DNA of 64,000 bases from assembly GCA_030141605.1 (NCBI GenBank), contig JAQGDQ010000772.1, positions 34,034-98,033 of the forward strand. The letters run 5' to 3'. Each line of letters begins with the position of its first letter. The stretch's first letter is position 1. This stretch comes from Tubiluchus corallicola (Eukaryota; Animalia; Priapulida). Below the pieces are notes generated by a model. That model was not told the origin of the DNA, did no database searches, and saw only the letters and a list, made by a program, of their open reading frames with translations. Below, piece by piece: positions 1 through 13,576 of the stretch. Position numbers and translations under genes: made by a program.

Positions 1-218
1 CTAATATGCATTGTAATGAAATTACCACTATCTGTCCTGAAAGTAGAAATATGTGGTTTGTAATATAAATTTTAATAAATTCTAAAATAGTTTCTTGACT
101 GTAGTAGTAATGATGTACGCAGGTCGGATGCAAAAAAATCTTCATTAGGCCGTTCTGTACTTGGCTTCTTGATCAAACTGCATGTGACCCGGCTAGACAG
201 ATAATTTGCACACCCCTG
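1..218. mobile_element. Right part of a hAT (Charlie-like) non-autonomous MITE, cut off by the window edge
   Basis: Ends in TTTGCACACCCCTG (218); the body is near-identical to 13328-13576 and similar to 57400-57599. Confidence 0.85.
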
Positions 219-376
219 GTTTAAACCTCCTAAGGTACATTGACAGATAATCACATAATTCATATTCGTACCTATTTAAAAAAAAATTTCACTCTTTAAG
301 GCTCACTCAAAATCGTAATTACATATTATGTTTTCCTTTCTCAACTTTCAGGTTTATTGCTCTTATACCATTGCTA

Positions 377-1194
377 TTATTACATCATTTACTTCATCCT
401 TATTTACATTAAGTTATCTACAGAAGCATGCATAACTATAATCATTTTTTCATTTAAGTAAGGTGAGTGTGTTAATGACCGTATGGTCGTACACTCACCT
501 CGCACTACTCAAATTATTACATCATTTACTTCATCCTTATTTACATTAAGTTATCTACAGAAGCATGCATAACTATAATCATTTTTTCATTTAAGTAAGG
601 TGAGTGTGTTAATGACCGTATGGTCGTACACTCACCTCGCACTACTCAAATTATTACATCATTTACTTCATCCTTATTTACATTAAGTTATCTACAGAAG
701 CACGCATAACTATAATAATTCATTTAAGTAAGGTGAGTGTGTTAATGACCGTATGGTCGTACACTCACCTCGCACTACTCAAATTATTACATCATTTACT
801 TCATCCTTATTTACATTAAGTTATCTACAGAAGCATGCATAACTATAATCGTTTTTTCATTTAAGTAAGGTGAGTGTGTTAATGACCGTATGGTCGTACA
901 CTCACCTCGCACTACTCAAATTATTACATCATTTACTTCATCCTTATTTACATTAAGTTATCTACAGAAGCATGCATAACTATAATCATTTTTTCATTTA
1001 AGTAAGGTGAGTGTGTTAATGACCGTATGGTCGTACACTCAACTCGCACTACTCAAATTATTACATCATTTACTTCATCCTTATTTATATTAAGTTATCT
1101 ACAGAAGCATGCATAACTATAATCATTTTTTCATTTAAGTAAGGTGAGTGTGTTAATGACCGTACGGTCGTACACTCACCTCGCACTAGTCAAA
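377..1194 (+). repeat. Tandem array of six ~137-bp units inside the 3' end of a LINE/SINE (element about 308-1270)
   Basis: AGGTGAGTGT recurs at 461, 598, 731, 868, 1005 and 1142; each unit has a hairpin AGGTGAGTGT...GACC-GTAT-GGTC...ACACTCACCT; the array is followed by AATAAA and a (TTCATAG)2 tail; a single-unit copy lies at 11460-11725. Confidence 0.92.
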
Positions 1195-1288
1195 TCATTT
1201 TATTTAAAGTTTATTAATGTGTTTGATATTGTATTTTGATGTGTGAAAATAAATTCATAGTTCATAGTTATATAACTTTCAGTGTTAT

Positions 1289-2125
1289 TTAAAGCCTGCA
1301 TGGGTTCGTCCCAACTCGGAGACACTTATATTCCGCAAGAGGACGCTACTGAATGTATAGCAATACTAAAAGTCAAACAGTTTTTCTCTATAAATGCACA
1401 ACGCAACACAAAACAAACATAAACGTCATCACGGCGTGCGTGGGAATCTGCATTGAGAAAATCGTTTTTTTTTCGTTAATAAATATTGCACGCTTCCCCC
1501 TAAGTACAATGTTTTCAAAAGGAACTGCATTCAGCATGCCGTTTCCATGGAAACCTGAAATCATGTGATCAACAATCGCTGCTATTTTAATCAGTTGATT
1601 ACGTACAATGGGAAGCCCAGGAATCATTAGATCGTGGAACTTCTGACCAAAAAAGCTTGTTCATAGTAAAAATAAAACGTTATTTAGAACAAAGTAAACA
1701 AAGGCATCGCAAAAAACTTTGCGTATAAATACACGCATCATCAATAATACGCGAACATTCTACCTAGTCCTCATTTATAACACAAAGCCCGTAACATCTA
1801 GCCTACTGTTTGTCTGTTTATCTAACGCAAAGCCAGCAGCAGCAGCTTTTACTGAATTAAAATTATAGGCAGAGTACAATGGAATGACGTCACAACAATG
1901 GCATTGCGTAAGCAGTTTTCTAAGCGAAAACTGCCGAAAATAGAATATGTAATTAACTCGCCAGTACTCCTCTCAGTGGACCTGCCCTAAAATATAGCCC
2001 ACATCATCATGTAGCCCCGTTCTTCCTCTTTCTGATGAGCCATATATCTCCTTCCGAGAGTCCCACCAGGCGCTGCTAGAACGTTTTTTCCGCAGACTGT
2101 TTGGTCAAAATTTCGAAAAAATCGT
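1289..2125. mobile_element. Interspersed repeat, probably a non-autonomous DNA transposon; inverted partial copy at 48815-49215
   Basis: 1710-2124 is the reverse complement of about 48832-49213 (e.g. TAACGCAAAGCCAGCAGCAGCAGCTTTTACTGAATTAAA; TCCCACCAGGCGC..CTAGAACGTTTTTTC); the left end starts TTAA-AG, but boundaries are approximate. Confidence 0.7.
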
Positions 2126-3864
2126 AAATCGTAAAATCGTTTGCCAAAAAAAACATTTAGGATGATATTAAAAACCCATCAAAAGACCGAACTGATGGAT
2201 CAGTTGATTACAAACAATGGGAAGACCTGCTTGCCAAAAAAAGGACTTACAATGATCCGTTACTACAGAAGAGAGTCCACAGTCATTAACTAATCAATTC
2301 ATATTATTATCTCAAGATTTCATAGAAAATGTTCACAAGTTACAGAATTTGGAATTAGCATTTCATTTTAAATCATCAAAAAAAATGAAATCATTTAACA
2401 AACAAGGACCTAAATTTACAACTCTGGATGGCACATCTAGTCCACAAAGTTTGTAATAAAATACTGCTATTTAAATAATTATAGTTTATCAATCAATTAG
2501 CCATCACTTATTTTATTGACTATAATTTTGTCAGTATTTTTGGAGAAACAAAAGAAAAACCAATAAAGATTAAGTTTAACTATCAAACAAATGAAATTCG
2601 ATACAATAAAAACCACTAACAAGGTGTAAATACAACCAACTCATATCACATATACAACCAACTTTCTTGCCATCTGTTCAGACTTCACTAAAAAGCTTCA
2701 ACATGCTCACAAAAAAGAACAAATGCCATCTCTCCTAGGCTGCAACTAAAAGTGTGATTGCAAGACGTCTATCATAGATTTCAAGAGCATTTCATACAAA
2801 ACCTAAAATGAGGCACAAAAGTTCACCACCAGAAAAACCAGTATGGTTATTGGTCTAGGGCCAATTGGTAAATGAATCTTGTACCATGAAAAACTGGCAG
2901 CTCTATTCTTATTCTAAACAGTTAGAGACAATAGACTGCAACAGTAACAAAACTGAAGCACTTCTTAAGCAAATCCTGAAGGACGAGTAATTTTGTGTTT
3001 TCGGTAGTGATCAGTTTGGCTGCGCAACTGTTTTTTGTTGCGTAATACATTGCACCTGTTCGTTATGTGGCACTTATATAAAACCTGCCCTCAATAACTG
3101 CCTGTGGTGTGTTATAAAATGCGCCCTTTACATGAATATGAAAGTATACACATTTTCCGAGGAGAATAAGATTTTTTTATAAAATGTGACGCCCTCAAAC
3201 TTCGGCACCCTAGGCTGTTGCTTAATTAGCCCATTGGTTAATACGCCCCTGTGCAATTTACATAGGTTGCACACGAAGGCTGAGAAATAATTTCACATAC
3301 AGATGTCAGAGAAGTGTTGTTAAACTCACTCTCTACATGATCTTGTGTTTCCTGTAGTGATCATAACCATTTTGATTTAAAAGCAGTGAAAAATTTTTAT
3401 ATATGAACTTATAGATTTGTTCTTCCGTGTTCACACGAGAAAAGGACACCGTGAACTACAGAATGCGACTCTCTTGGCCTCTGTTCACACTTCACAGCGT
3501 CGTTAGTCATCTTACAGTAGCATGGCTTTAGAACTGCTGTAGCTCAGTTGTTACTATGAAATATTCTTCTAATATTATATTCTCCTTGGTCATTTGTAGA
3601 TACACAATGTTTGTTTTGTTGTCACTAATAATCTTGTTCAGCTCTGCTATTTTGCTGACTCTAACCTAGTCTAGTTTCTCAATGCGAATTTGTGAAGCTA
3701 CATTACGCCATCGCCGTTTTGTTCTTTGGAGGTTTTACTAAATGAAGCCAGTACACAGGCCCACCTTGTTCTCTGAGCTGTTTATTTTGTCACGTCCCGA
3801 CATGGATCAAAAAACCCCAGATCTGGTTTTCCAGGATTCAGCAGTCATATTCTTATTCTTTTAT

Positions 3865-3948
3865 CTTCATCCTCCGCCTCCTCCTGATCTTCCTCATCAT
3901 CCTCACCATCCTCATCATCACCACCGCCACCATCATCATCATCATCAT
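3865..3948. repeat. Degenerate (CAT/CCT)n low-complexity tract
   Basis: Reads poly-His/Pro on + and poly-Asp/Glu on -, with stops nearby. Confidence 0.8.
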
Positions 3949-5975
3949 TGTTCCTTGGAAGTTTTACCGACTGGCTCTAGTCCTCACTACATTCACAATT
4001 TTGCTAACGTGAAGATTTGGCGTCCTCATCTGCTAAAGTTATGGATAATTATTATTATTATTATTATGGATAATGAGAGCATCCAACATACAGTCCAATG
4101 CTTCTGCGAAATCGTTGGAAAACTGCTAAATGATTAATTCGCTTGAGCACTCCATAGATCTCCGTCGGTAATGATGTTCAATATTACCCTTGGGCATAGC
4201 TGGCTTTCACCGACGACTAATTTTCATAGATCACCTAAGGTGGAAAGCATCTGGAATACATGGGATAATCCGTTTTCTATCTTAGAAATGAAATTCTGCA
4301 TTGAAGAATTTTGCGAGTAGCAAAATCGCCCAATAAACAGGACATGGAAAAATAGGTTCGCCAATGAATGCACTCACATCTAAACATTCTAAACACAGTT
4401 TTCTAGAACTGTTACTTTATAGTTAGTCAGCTCTCAAGCAGTTGAAAGTACTCACTTCCATGCTACTGGTTTCGAATAACAATGACACAATACCTGAATA
4501 TTCTTCAATCATAGTATACGACTAACAATTTAACTCATAACAACTGCTAACAAGGCCATTAAAATAATGTGATCATTTTATATACTGCCTGTGCTTCATT
4601 AAGCTCTACCTAGAATTTCTACACTGAGTGGCAGAACAAAAAAAAAACATGGAAATATAATTACTGTCTTCCGGTACTAATTACTTATCAATTTCCTTAA
4701 TTTAGTGACATCTCAGCTGCAGCTCCAACATTTGCACTAATTTCACACAAGAAAGGCCTTGTACCTTGAGGTTCCGTTTCATGTCTCATCGGCTACATAT
4801 TTTAATCATCTTTTTCGTGTAGCTCTGTTTACCTAATAATTCTGCTGAACTTGTGTTTTGTGAGAATGCTCACAGGACCATCAAAACTGAAAGTCTTTGA
4901 AAACATCAATACCTTGGGTAGAGAATTATTCATTTCAAACTTGCGAGACCTCATTCTGTATTATATCATAGCTTTCAAAACAAACGAACCACATGGTATG
5001 GCGGTTGTCCGTTTAGAAAACGAATCTATGACCCTAATTGTTTAATTTAACAAATTTATCCAATTTTCTAAGTTCGCTCGCTTATAATTTGTCAAAAAAT
5101 ACGTAGATACTCTTACGCACCAATTCAACAGTCAATCGGTTAAATCATAAATTATCCTATCACAGTTGAGGATCAGAGCAAATAAATTATTAAACCTCAT
5201 CTACTATAACATGATTACCATAGCAGTATCATTCAGCAAGCTGTACACGCATGTATATTGTAAGTATATATATATATATACTACTACCTACTACTAAGAA
5301 ACCTACTTAAAGGCTTCTGAATTTCAAAATAAAAAATAGTTCACAACTTCGCATAATTATATTTAAAGAGAATGAAAAAATATAATGTTACTTCACCCAG
5401 ACTGACAATTATTGACAGTTTTGTATTTGTCTTAATAAGACACTAATGGCTTAGTATTTACAGTGAAAACATTCAAACAGACATGAAACTCTTTAACACG
5501 TTCTAAATATCTTAAATTCTCTAGCTTTCCACCTGCTGATACTGAATGTTGATATTATACATGCTAACCTGCTGCGTAGTGCATAGAATGCATATGTTCA
5601 AGGGCTGGTGGTCTGAAATCGTTTTGATGAGCAACACAACAAATGAAGGTTGAAAAAATACGAATGATCACATTGCTTAAATGAAAAAATTAAAGCTGTA
5701 ATGATATTCTATTGTTAAGCTATAGAAGAAACCCATCCCAGCCATTCAGTGTTAATAATAGGCCAAACTATTGAAACCTTTCAGTGCTCTGAACTGTATA
5801 AAAAGCCCTTATAAAAGCAATTTTAACAGTTTTATCATTTCTGCCACAAAAAAATTTAGAAACTTACATTGTTGTTTTGTTAAACATGTAATAACGAAAA
5901 TAATTTAATAATCTAACAAAAAGTGAACAGTTTCAATTACTGTAAGGTTGTTAGCTCTCCATAAAGCTGCTTTGC

Positions 5976-6472
5976 TTAAAGAACAAGACAACACTTTACT
6001 TACATAAAGCTAAAAAAATGCTTCTTGAAATTTTGTATCACCTACAATCCTACATGCTGTCTTACTGCACACAGGGCTTGTGTCAGCAGCAATGCTGTAA
6101 AAAACTTTAAAATTTAAACTCTCCTGATGATTGTTAGGAGCAGCCATTCTGAGTTTGAAACGAGTTTTAACATTGCGTAAAGGCAGAAAAAATAATGACA
6201 GCATACGTAGCACAGTCTTCAATAACTAAACAAAAGTATAAATTAAATTATTTTGTCAACAAATTTATGAATATGTTTTTAGTGAGTCAATGCTGCACAA
6301 TGGAAATGTGAATCGGGACATTTTACCCCGATGGCGCAAACCTTTTAAATTACGAAGAATTTCATTTTCTAGTTACAGAAGTCTTTCAAAGAGCGAAGCA
6401 TAACGCAAAGTAATATAACTTTGTACTTTTTTGGGATATACTTTAAAATTGTTTAAAGCTTCTTGCCCTTAA
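5976..6472. mobile_element. Kolobok-like MITE family A, diverged copy
   Basis: TTAA-AGAACAAGA ... TCTTGCCC-TTAA; the body aligns with 26106-26658 and with 46836-47419 (inverted). Confidence 0.75.
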
Positions 6473-6579
6473 AGAGAATCGCAATTGTGTCCTAAAACCC
6501 GCTTAGATGACTATTTTGTATACTTGCACGTTTTTTGTGTACTTTCCTTAAAAATCATCTGTTATTCTGATGAACTTAC

Positions 6580-6639
6580 CAATATTAGGATGCTTTAACT
6601 GTCGACAAATCCTAGCTTCCCGTTCCAACTTTTGATGAT
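6580..6639 (-). CDS. CaMKII: CaMKII coding exon 3 (60 nt, phase 1-1): (D)[19 protein letters not shown](V)
   Basis: Minus strand reads atttcag|ATCATCAAAAG...AATATTG|gtaagt; kinase subdomain III-IV motif of CaMKII; in frame with exon 2; missing from the ORF track. Confidence 0.97.
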
Positions 6640-8539
6640 CTGAAATGTATAATCACATCCCACATAACAATATGAACACTAAATAGCAAAATTTATAGCA
6701 ATTTCGTGCAAAGTACATGTAAAAAACGGCACTTAAAGATGTGCCAATCACTTCGGCAATCATATACGGATGTTACCTCAGACTTTCATCATAAATTTAA
6801 ATTGTACTGTACATTTCATTAAGAGACCATACGATTGGAGTCAGTTAGAGACATCAGAGGTGACTTTAGTCTACAGTCACTTCGTAAATTCTGTGATTTG
6901 TTTCATGTTTTGTGAAAACCAGTATAAAATATACCAGTATATCTTATATAATATATAAACCAGTATATATGTAAGTATATATATAAACCAGTATATATAT
7001 TTAGTATGTATGTACATCTAATGTGAGTGGTAGATGTAAACATGGCAAGAAAAATATTTTAGTGAGTTCAAATAAATGTGAAACAGCAAACTGATTTATT
7101 TGACTAACTATTGGTAACAAAGTATTGTGCAAATAATTAGCGTTGGGATGACAAGAATTTACGTGAGTGAATAAGTTTGTGAGTGATAAGTTTATTGGTA
7201 ATAATAGACCTACTTCAATATTCAGTAAATTGTGTCTAACAGCAAACACAATTAAATGTGCAGCACTTAGCTGAATATCTTGAATTATCCCCCAACTCTG
7301 GAGACCGAATATCAGTACAATCATATCCCAAATGCACCAAGCATATTAGAATATTGGAGTTATTAAACTAAAATGTATCATAAATAAAATATTTACAACC
7401 TACCATATACATGAACACTCAAATCAATTCAACTATACACATCAACAATGTATTACTTCATCATCATAATGTATTTAAAGTAGGAAACATTATTTGAAAC
7501 CCAAATGCTTAATTGGTTATAATCGTCAACCTCAACTACATGATGATTATTTAATGGCAATGGTGAAATGTAAACTTTTTTGTTCTTTTTTTCTCATTAT
7601 TTGGACGTGTTTATAATGTTGCAAGCAATTAAACAAGTTTCACTTCTGGTTCTTGCCATTTATTATCTGCACGCTGTCATATAATTACTATTATTAATAT
7701 CTATTTTTTCCCAGTGTTTCTTGATATTGTATTTGTATTTACACTTCCAAATGAATAAATTTATTATTACTACAACTGCAATTTATTAAAAAATAATAAC
7801 AATTTGGTCTTATTGAACTGAATTTAATAAGCCATTGACTGACTGAATCACTGAACGCTAATAAATATGTCGTAACACGGACTATTATTTCATTCCGATC
7901 ACAAAATATTCAAATTCGTATTGCGTGATTATGTGGTCAATAAAACAATAAAGCATATATTATATGCCGATGTACCTAATACGTGTTTAACGTATGCTCA
8001 TGTTACTCTCATATATTCTGTACACATGCGGTTATGCTTAATCATGGCAAACCATGGCGGGGCATGATTATCCAAACCTACGTATTCAATTAACATGAGA
8101 GCTAACTAGCTGCTTGATTAATTGCAGATATGAGAACTGGACAGTCATTAAGCTAGAAGCCATAATTGAGCTTTCATCAAAACCGCAGCTCATGCAGCAC
8201 ACAGTCTGTTGCCAACCAACTGCATACAGACGGAACTTATTGATGTTTTTCTGATGTTATTAGACTGCGCTGACGTGAATGACATGACGCAGAAGTGATA
8301 TGTTACAAAAATAGGAATACTTTCTGGTTTAATAGCAAAACGATAAACACTGAGTCGTCGCAGTTTATTGGCTAGGTTTAATGGCTACATACACACTTCG
8401 GTCCTACAGTTTTTATTTTTGTTTCCAAGAAAACATTCGTATAATAATTCAATTTTCATTCGTCTTAAATGCAAAATCTGATAATTTTTAATTACCTGGT
8501 ACATGCGCATTAACTAATTAATTATATTAGTAACAATTC

Positions 8540-8725
8540 TGAGAGGGTGGCTGACCTCGATAACTTATAGTTCTTTCGCCCCACCATTTCACCACTAATC
8601 AATAATTACTTTTGCACTTTGTAATATTATTGTATGTTGTGCAGATTTATAAATCTCTTAGTTATGTATTTTGCTATTTTAAAAATGGTGATAAACTAAT
8701 AAACTTACTTACTTACTTACTTACT
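8540..8725 (+). mobile_element. 3' end of a CR1/L2-group LINE (5'-truncated)
   Basis: Hairpin GGGTGGCTGACCTCG...GCCCCACC, then AATAAA and a (TTAC)n tail, like 35866-36010. Confidence 0.65.
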
Positions 8726-9199
8726 GGACAGGTTTTGTTTTGTTTAATGAGAAAAATTAAATTCTTAAAGGCCAAAACAGATTTGTATGTTTCATTGAGC
8801 CAACAGAAATAACATTGTCTCAAACAGCGTGGTAATATTCCCGTCCCTACGAAAATAAAACTCAGTGCACTCAACAGTAAAATTAATACATATTAAGTAA
8901 TCCTTTAAAAAATTAACTAGCTCATATAATAATGACCACATCTATATATCTCAGCAGAATTCATGGATTAATAATTTTTCTTGAAAAGAAGCATACAAAC
9001 ATCATCAATAAACTTACTAAAAAATGATAATAAGTGAAAGGTTGGCAAAATTTTTGTAATTTAACGAAAACATTTTACAATAAAATGACATGTTTTAGAA
9101 ATCTTATTGACAAGATTATTATTAACAAGGGTATAAACACACAAAAAATATTAAGCCAAACTCGAAAAACTCGAAACATTCAAAGAAATGTGAAAAACT

Positions 9200-9270
9200 G
9201 GAACACAGTCTGAATTTGATCAGGGATCTTAAGTTTACAAGGCCGATACCATAACCATTAGGCCACCATG
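9200..9270 (-). mobile_element. Decayed tRNA-derived SINE head
   Basis: Minus strand GGTGGCCTAATGGTTA (A box) followed by a degenerate B box TGATCAAATTC; no intact cloverleaf. Confidence 0.5.
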
Positions 9271-11214
9271 TTTTACCAGTGATTATAACAGTCCAAAGTT
9301 CATCCCTTGTAGCTGGTCAATCATTTCAGCATTTCCAATGTTAGGTCACTGTTAGTGATTCTAACCAAATAGATGATTTTTATTTGACTACGTATGAGCC
9401 TGAAATTTACGTGGTAATTAATCAATTCTTGACAATCTTATTATCTATTTATCATTAAAGAGGATGCAGACCCTATAATTAATTAAATACGACATCAAGC
9501 ATCATCACACAAAGATAATCTGAAAATTCCATTACAGAAGACAAAACTTCAAAGATACATCGAGCTAATGCAGGTCTACTAAAGATTCTACATCACGTGT
9601 CATTAAAACATCGTATCTCTGTTTTTTGTCCTTGGATTTCTTATTACCTGTTCTCATCATTGCAGACTTTAAGATATCTTATATTCGGGAAAAGTCGTAG
9701 TCATAAGTTCCAGCCAAAAAATACTGAGACTATATATATATATCCACTTACCAACTACTATTAAAATTAAGCAACCAACGGATGCTGGGCAAACGAAGCC
9801 TCCCCCCCCCCAAGACAAAATGTTTGCAACTGTTTCAATTGTTAAATTTTTAAACAAAACGTGTTGTTCCTAATTGCATCTTGTATTTTAAGTGAACGGG
9901 TACAATTCTTCAGTCCCAGAACAAATACTGAATTACCTTCCGGAGAATTTAATGCAGTGACAATGAGAGAAATAGATAGTGTAGTATGGCAGATGAAACC
10001 ACATCTAAAACAATCTACCGTGTGATCACTCATTCGTTTGCTACCCTATTAGCAAATCCCAGTACTGGTTAACTTCACAGCTGAGCATACATAATGACTG
10101 ATGACACTCAGCTACATCTATAATGACGAGATGACATTTCCCACACTGACATTCTGTGTACCAATAAGTAATGGGGACCTTCCAAATATTTTATGGAGTC
10201 TACTGATTTATGCGTATCTTAGCATGATCATTTGCAGCGAATTCGCTGTTCAAAGGTTAACTGACAAACCGAAACCGAATTTGTCAAACATTGGAAGCCG
10301 ATAACGAAATGAAAACAAACAGAAACATTTTTGCAAAACCAACAATTATTAAAACTGAAAAAAAGAAATTCTAAAGTAAGTAGAATATTTGGTTTTCTGT
10401 TTGTCTGCTTTTATTTGCTGTGACGCAAAATTACAGATAGAAAACGCAAGGATATTTTATAATATAGAACCTAAAGTTTGATGGAGTGGCTTACATTAGA
10501 AAAATTAACGTGTTACGATCTTTTTGAATTTAAGTATCCTTAATGATTAACGTGTAAAGATCACAATGCCTCATTAAAAATAAACACAATTTTATTTCGT
10601 TGCCTGTATTTCATAAATTATAAATTTAAACGCCATTTTGCTCAAATAAGTTCAAATGTGGTTTGATATTTCGATTAATTGGGCCTGGAGACCCTAAAAC
10701 TTCACGGTGATCAGCACAGAAGATATGCCGCATTGCTTTAAAAGCATGTCATAAGCTGTTATGAAATTTTCGCTTTATTTGAGCTATTTTAGCCAAGATC
10801 TTTTAGTGGTTTTTGACATCTAGGAGAAAAGAAAAGATAAATTTGATCAATACCATTAAAACCTCTGAAAAATGCTGCCGAAAATTATCCAAAATTTTGA
10901 CTACGAAATTTAATAAAGTTTCGCAAAACGAAAACATAACCAAAAGTGTAACTATCGGCAAACCGAAAGGAATTTGCCTCTCTGTAAACCCTAGGAACTT
11001 CATACAAACAATTCTCAAACACTACACTCATATCATTAATAATACTGTACCGTCAAATAAATAAGTTTAGTTACAGTCTGTTTGTTCAAGACCGATATAT
11101 CGGTCGTTTTTATCACCAGTTGTAAGTTTGATACGTCGTTTCGTAAATTGTAAATAGATTTGTGTGTGTTGAACGTAACGTATTTTATGTAAGTAGTTTT
11201 ACACAGTTTTTTGC

Positions 11215-11436
<222 letters not shown>

Positions 11437-11459
11437 CATGTTAAGATGTTAATGGTATA

Positions 11460-11725
11460 TCAAAATCGTAATTACATATTATGTTTTCCTTATGTTTCCT
11501 TGCTATTATTAAATCATTTACCTTATTACATCAATTTCATTAAGTCATCTACAAAAGCACGCATAACTTTAATAATTTTTTCATTTTCATTTAAGTAAGG
11601 TGAGTGTGTTAATGACCGCATGGTCGTACACTCACCTCACACTACTCAAATCATTTTATTTATTGTTTATTTATGTGTACAATATTGTATTTTGATGTGT
11701 GAAAAATCAATTCATAGTTCATGTT
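11460..11725 (+). mobile_element. Single-unit copy of the LINE/SINE 3' end that is amplified at 377-1194
   Basis: Same flanks (CAAAATCGTAATTACATATTATGTTTTCCT; TTTGATGTGTGAAAA..TTCATAGTTCAT) and one hairpin at 11598-11637. Confidence 0.88.
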
Positions 11726-11847
11726 GTATATAATTTTCACTGTACATAGTTTGGCCAATTATTAGTCAAGCACTGTAACACTCTGTAAACTTTATGACAA
11801 ACACAGTGCTTAAGTTATCATTTTAGCAAATTCGCTCCAACACTCAC

Positions 11848-11942
11848 CTCTGGCAGACAATTTCTTCGTGTTGATTATTTTTGCAGCAAATTCTAATCCT
11901 GTGGACTTTTGAACACATCTTCGTACTATTGAGAAAGCACCT
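11848..11942 (-). CDS. CaMKII: CaMKII coding exon 2 (95 nt, phase 2-1): (K)[31 protein letters not shown](D)
   Basis: ttctgcag|AGGTGCT...GCCAGAG|gtgagt; Gly-rich loop and catalytic lysine (AAK) of CaMKII. Confidence 0.98.
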
Positions 11943-13117
11943 CTGCAGAATAAAGAACGTTGTATCAAAAGATTTGAAAAACATACCAAATTCATAGTAC
12001 AGCAATAAGCCTTTTCACAGTTCCAGCGATTGATGATGAACGCAAAAAGGTCAAAGGTTAAGTGTACCAGACAACGCATTTGTGTTCACTTGACAACGTC
12101 TCGCAGCCCATGCTATTGTAATAGTAACAGTTCTAACATGTTTTAACAGCTAGCTAGAACCTTACCTAGTTCATTTTTTCTTGTTTCCAAGCAAGATCCT
12201 GCTAGTAAATCACTCTACACACAGAATAATAATGCATAATTAAGTAAAATCCACGTAAAACAACTGAAGTTACCGAACTGACATGACAGACTGCTTTGCT
12301 TTATTCACACGTCATGTGACAGTTGAAGTTAAGACGTATTGCTGTGGCACACTTGACTTTTGACCTACAGCAACAGCGGGTGCGCACAACGAAACTGTGA
12401 GAAGGCTTATTAGCACACAATTAATGGACAAGTGGACATACATGCACGCAAGAGGGACATAATTTCAGATCAACAGTTTTTAGCAAATTATTATTAATAT
12501 CAACAAAGTATTTAGCTGAGAAATCTCAGAATCTGACAATAATGTCTAAGTGTCATACTGATGCCGTTAGCCAAATATACTTTTAAGAAAGGGCAGCAGA
12601 AAAATTACAGAAACACAAATCGGGCATTTTCTTATAACTGTGCATATACACACATGACAAATATACAAAAGCAAAGTGTATCATTGGATAATAATTTACA
12701 TTTACCTACGCGTTTACGAGTGTTTAGCTACGCAAACCTACCACATCCTACAAAACATGCATACAGCATCCTTATTATGATTAAAAAGTTTTAACAGAAA
12801 CTGCTATCTTTACAAGTATGCAAAACATTCTCCTGAAGCAAAACTAAAACGTGGTCATATGGAACATAACTACCATCATTATTTCTTTATTTAATCTGGA
12901 AAATCTATAACATTGACAAAATTCGAAAACTTAGTCCAATATTTTAGCCATACAATGTTATGTATTACTTTCGGTAAGAATGAAAGTTTAAATTTAATGA
13001 AATTTTCACAAGTGCCAGTTTTCAACACATTTTGCATCATTTACGGCAAGTACCAGTGTGCTTTGTTGCTAGAGTTACGAAAGCTTAATTAAGTTTCTAC
13101 AATTTAATGGTATACAT

Positions 13118-13576
13118 CAGGGGTGTGCAAATTGCGGCCCGCGAAGAGATTTGTCAACATAATGAAAGTGTGGCCCGGGCGATTAATTGAGTGTATCCAG
13201 CTGAAGTCTGTGCCACGATCCCAAAGATAGTGCGGGTAGTTTTTTCTACTAGATCGGATGCCATTAACGCTTACAAGACGGTTGTAGCTTAATAACACTG
13301 TACTACACAGACTGTGTGATACACATTACTAATATGCATTGTATTGAAATTACCACTATCTGTCCTGAAAGTAGAAATATATGGTTTGTAATATAAATTT
13401 TAATAACTTCCAAAATAGTTTCTTGAGTGTAGTAGTAATGATGTACGCAGGTCGGATGCAAAAAATCGTTACTAGGCCTTTCTGTACTTGGCTCCTTGAT
13501 CAAACTGCCTGTGACCCGCAGGATTTGCGGGAAAGTTTAATGTGGCCCAGCTAGTCAGATAATTTGCACACGCCTG
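13118..13576. mobile_element. hAT (Charlie-like) MITE
   Basis: TIR CAGGGGTGTGCAAA / TTTGCACACGCCTG; 8-bp flanks GTATACAT/ATTTACAT; copies at 57180-57599 and 1-218. Confidence 0.88.

Noticed and set aside
3742-4137. 131-aa His/Pro-rich ORF, and an acidic frame on the opposite strand
   Set aside because: Driven by triplet low complexity; the minus acidic frame hits stops; no recognisable domain. It may be a decayed transposon, but I cannot assign it
4456-4493. Minus-strand AG/GTGAGT-bounded 38-nt segment (and a similar 22-nt one at 3330-3351) as CaMKII exon 4
   Set aside because: No similarity to the expected VRLHDSI..HYLVFDL exon and the lengths break frame; exon 4 is probably left of the window
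12067-12111. Minus-strand [14 protein letters not shown] as a lipidated alternative first exon of CaMKII
   Set aside because: Splicing TG|gtacac to exon 2 creates TGA, and read-through also stops
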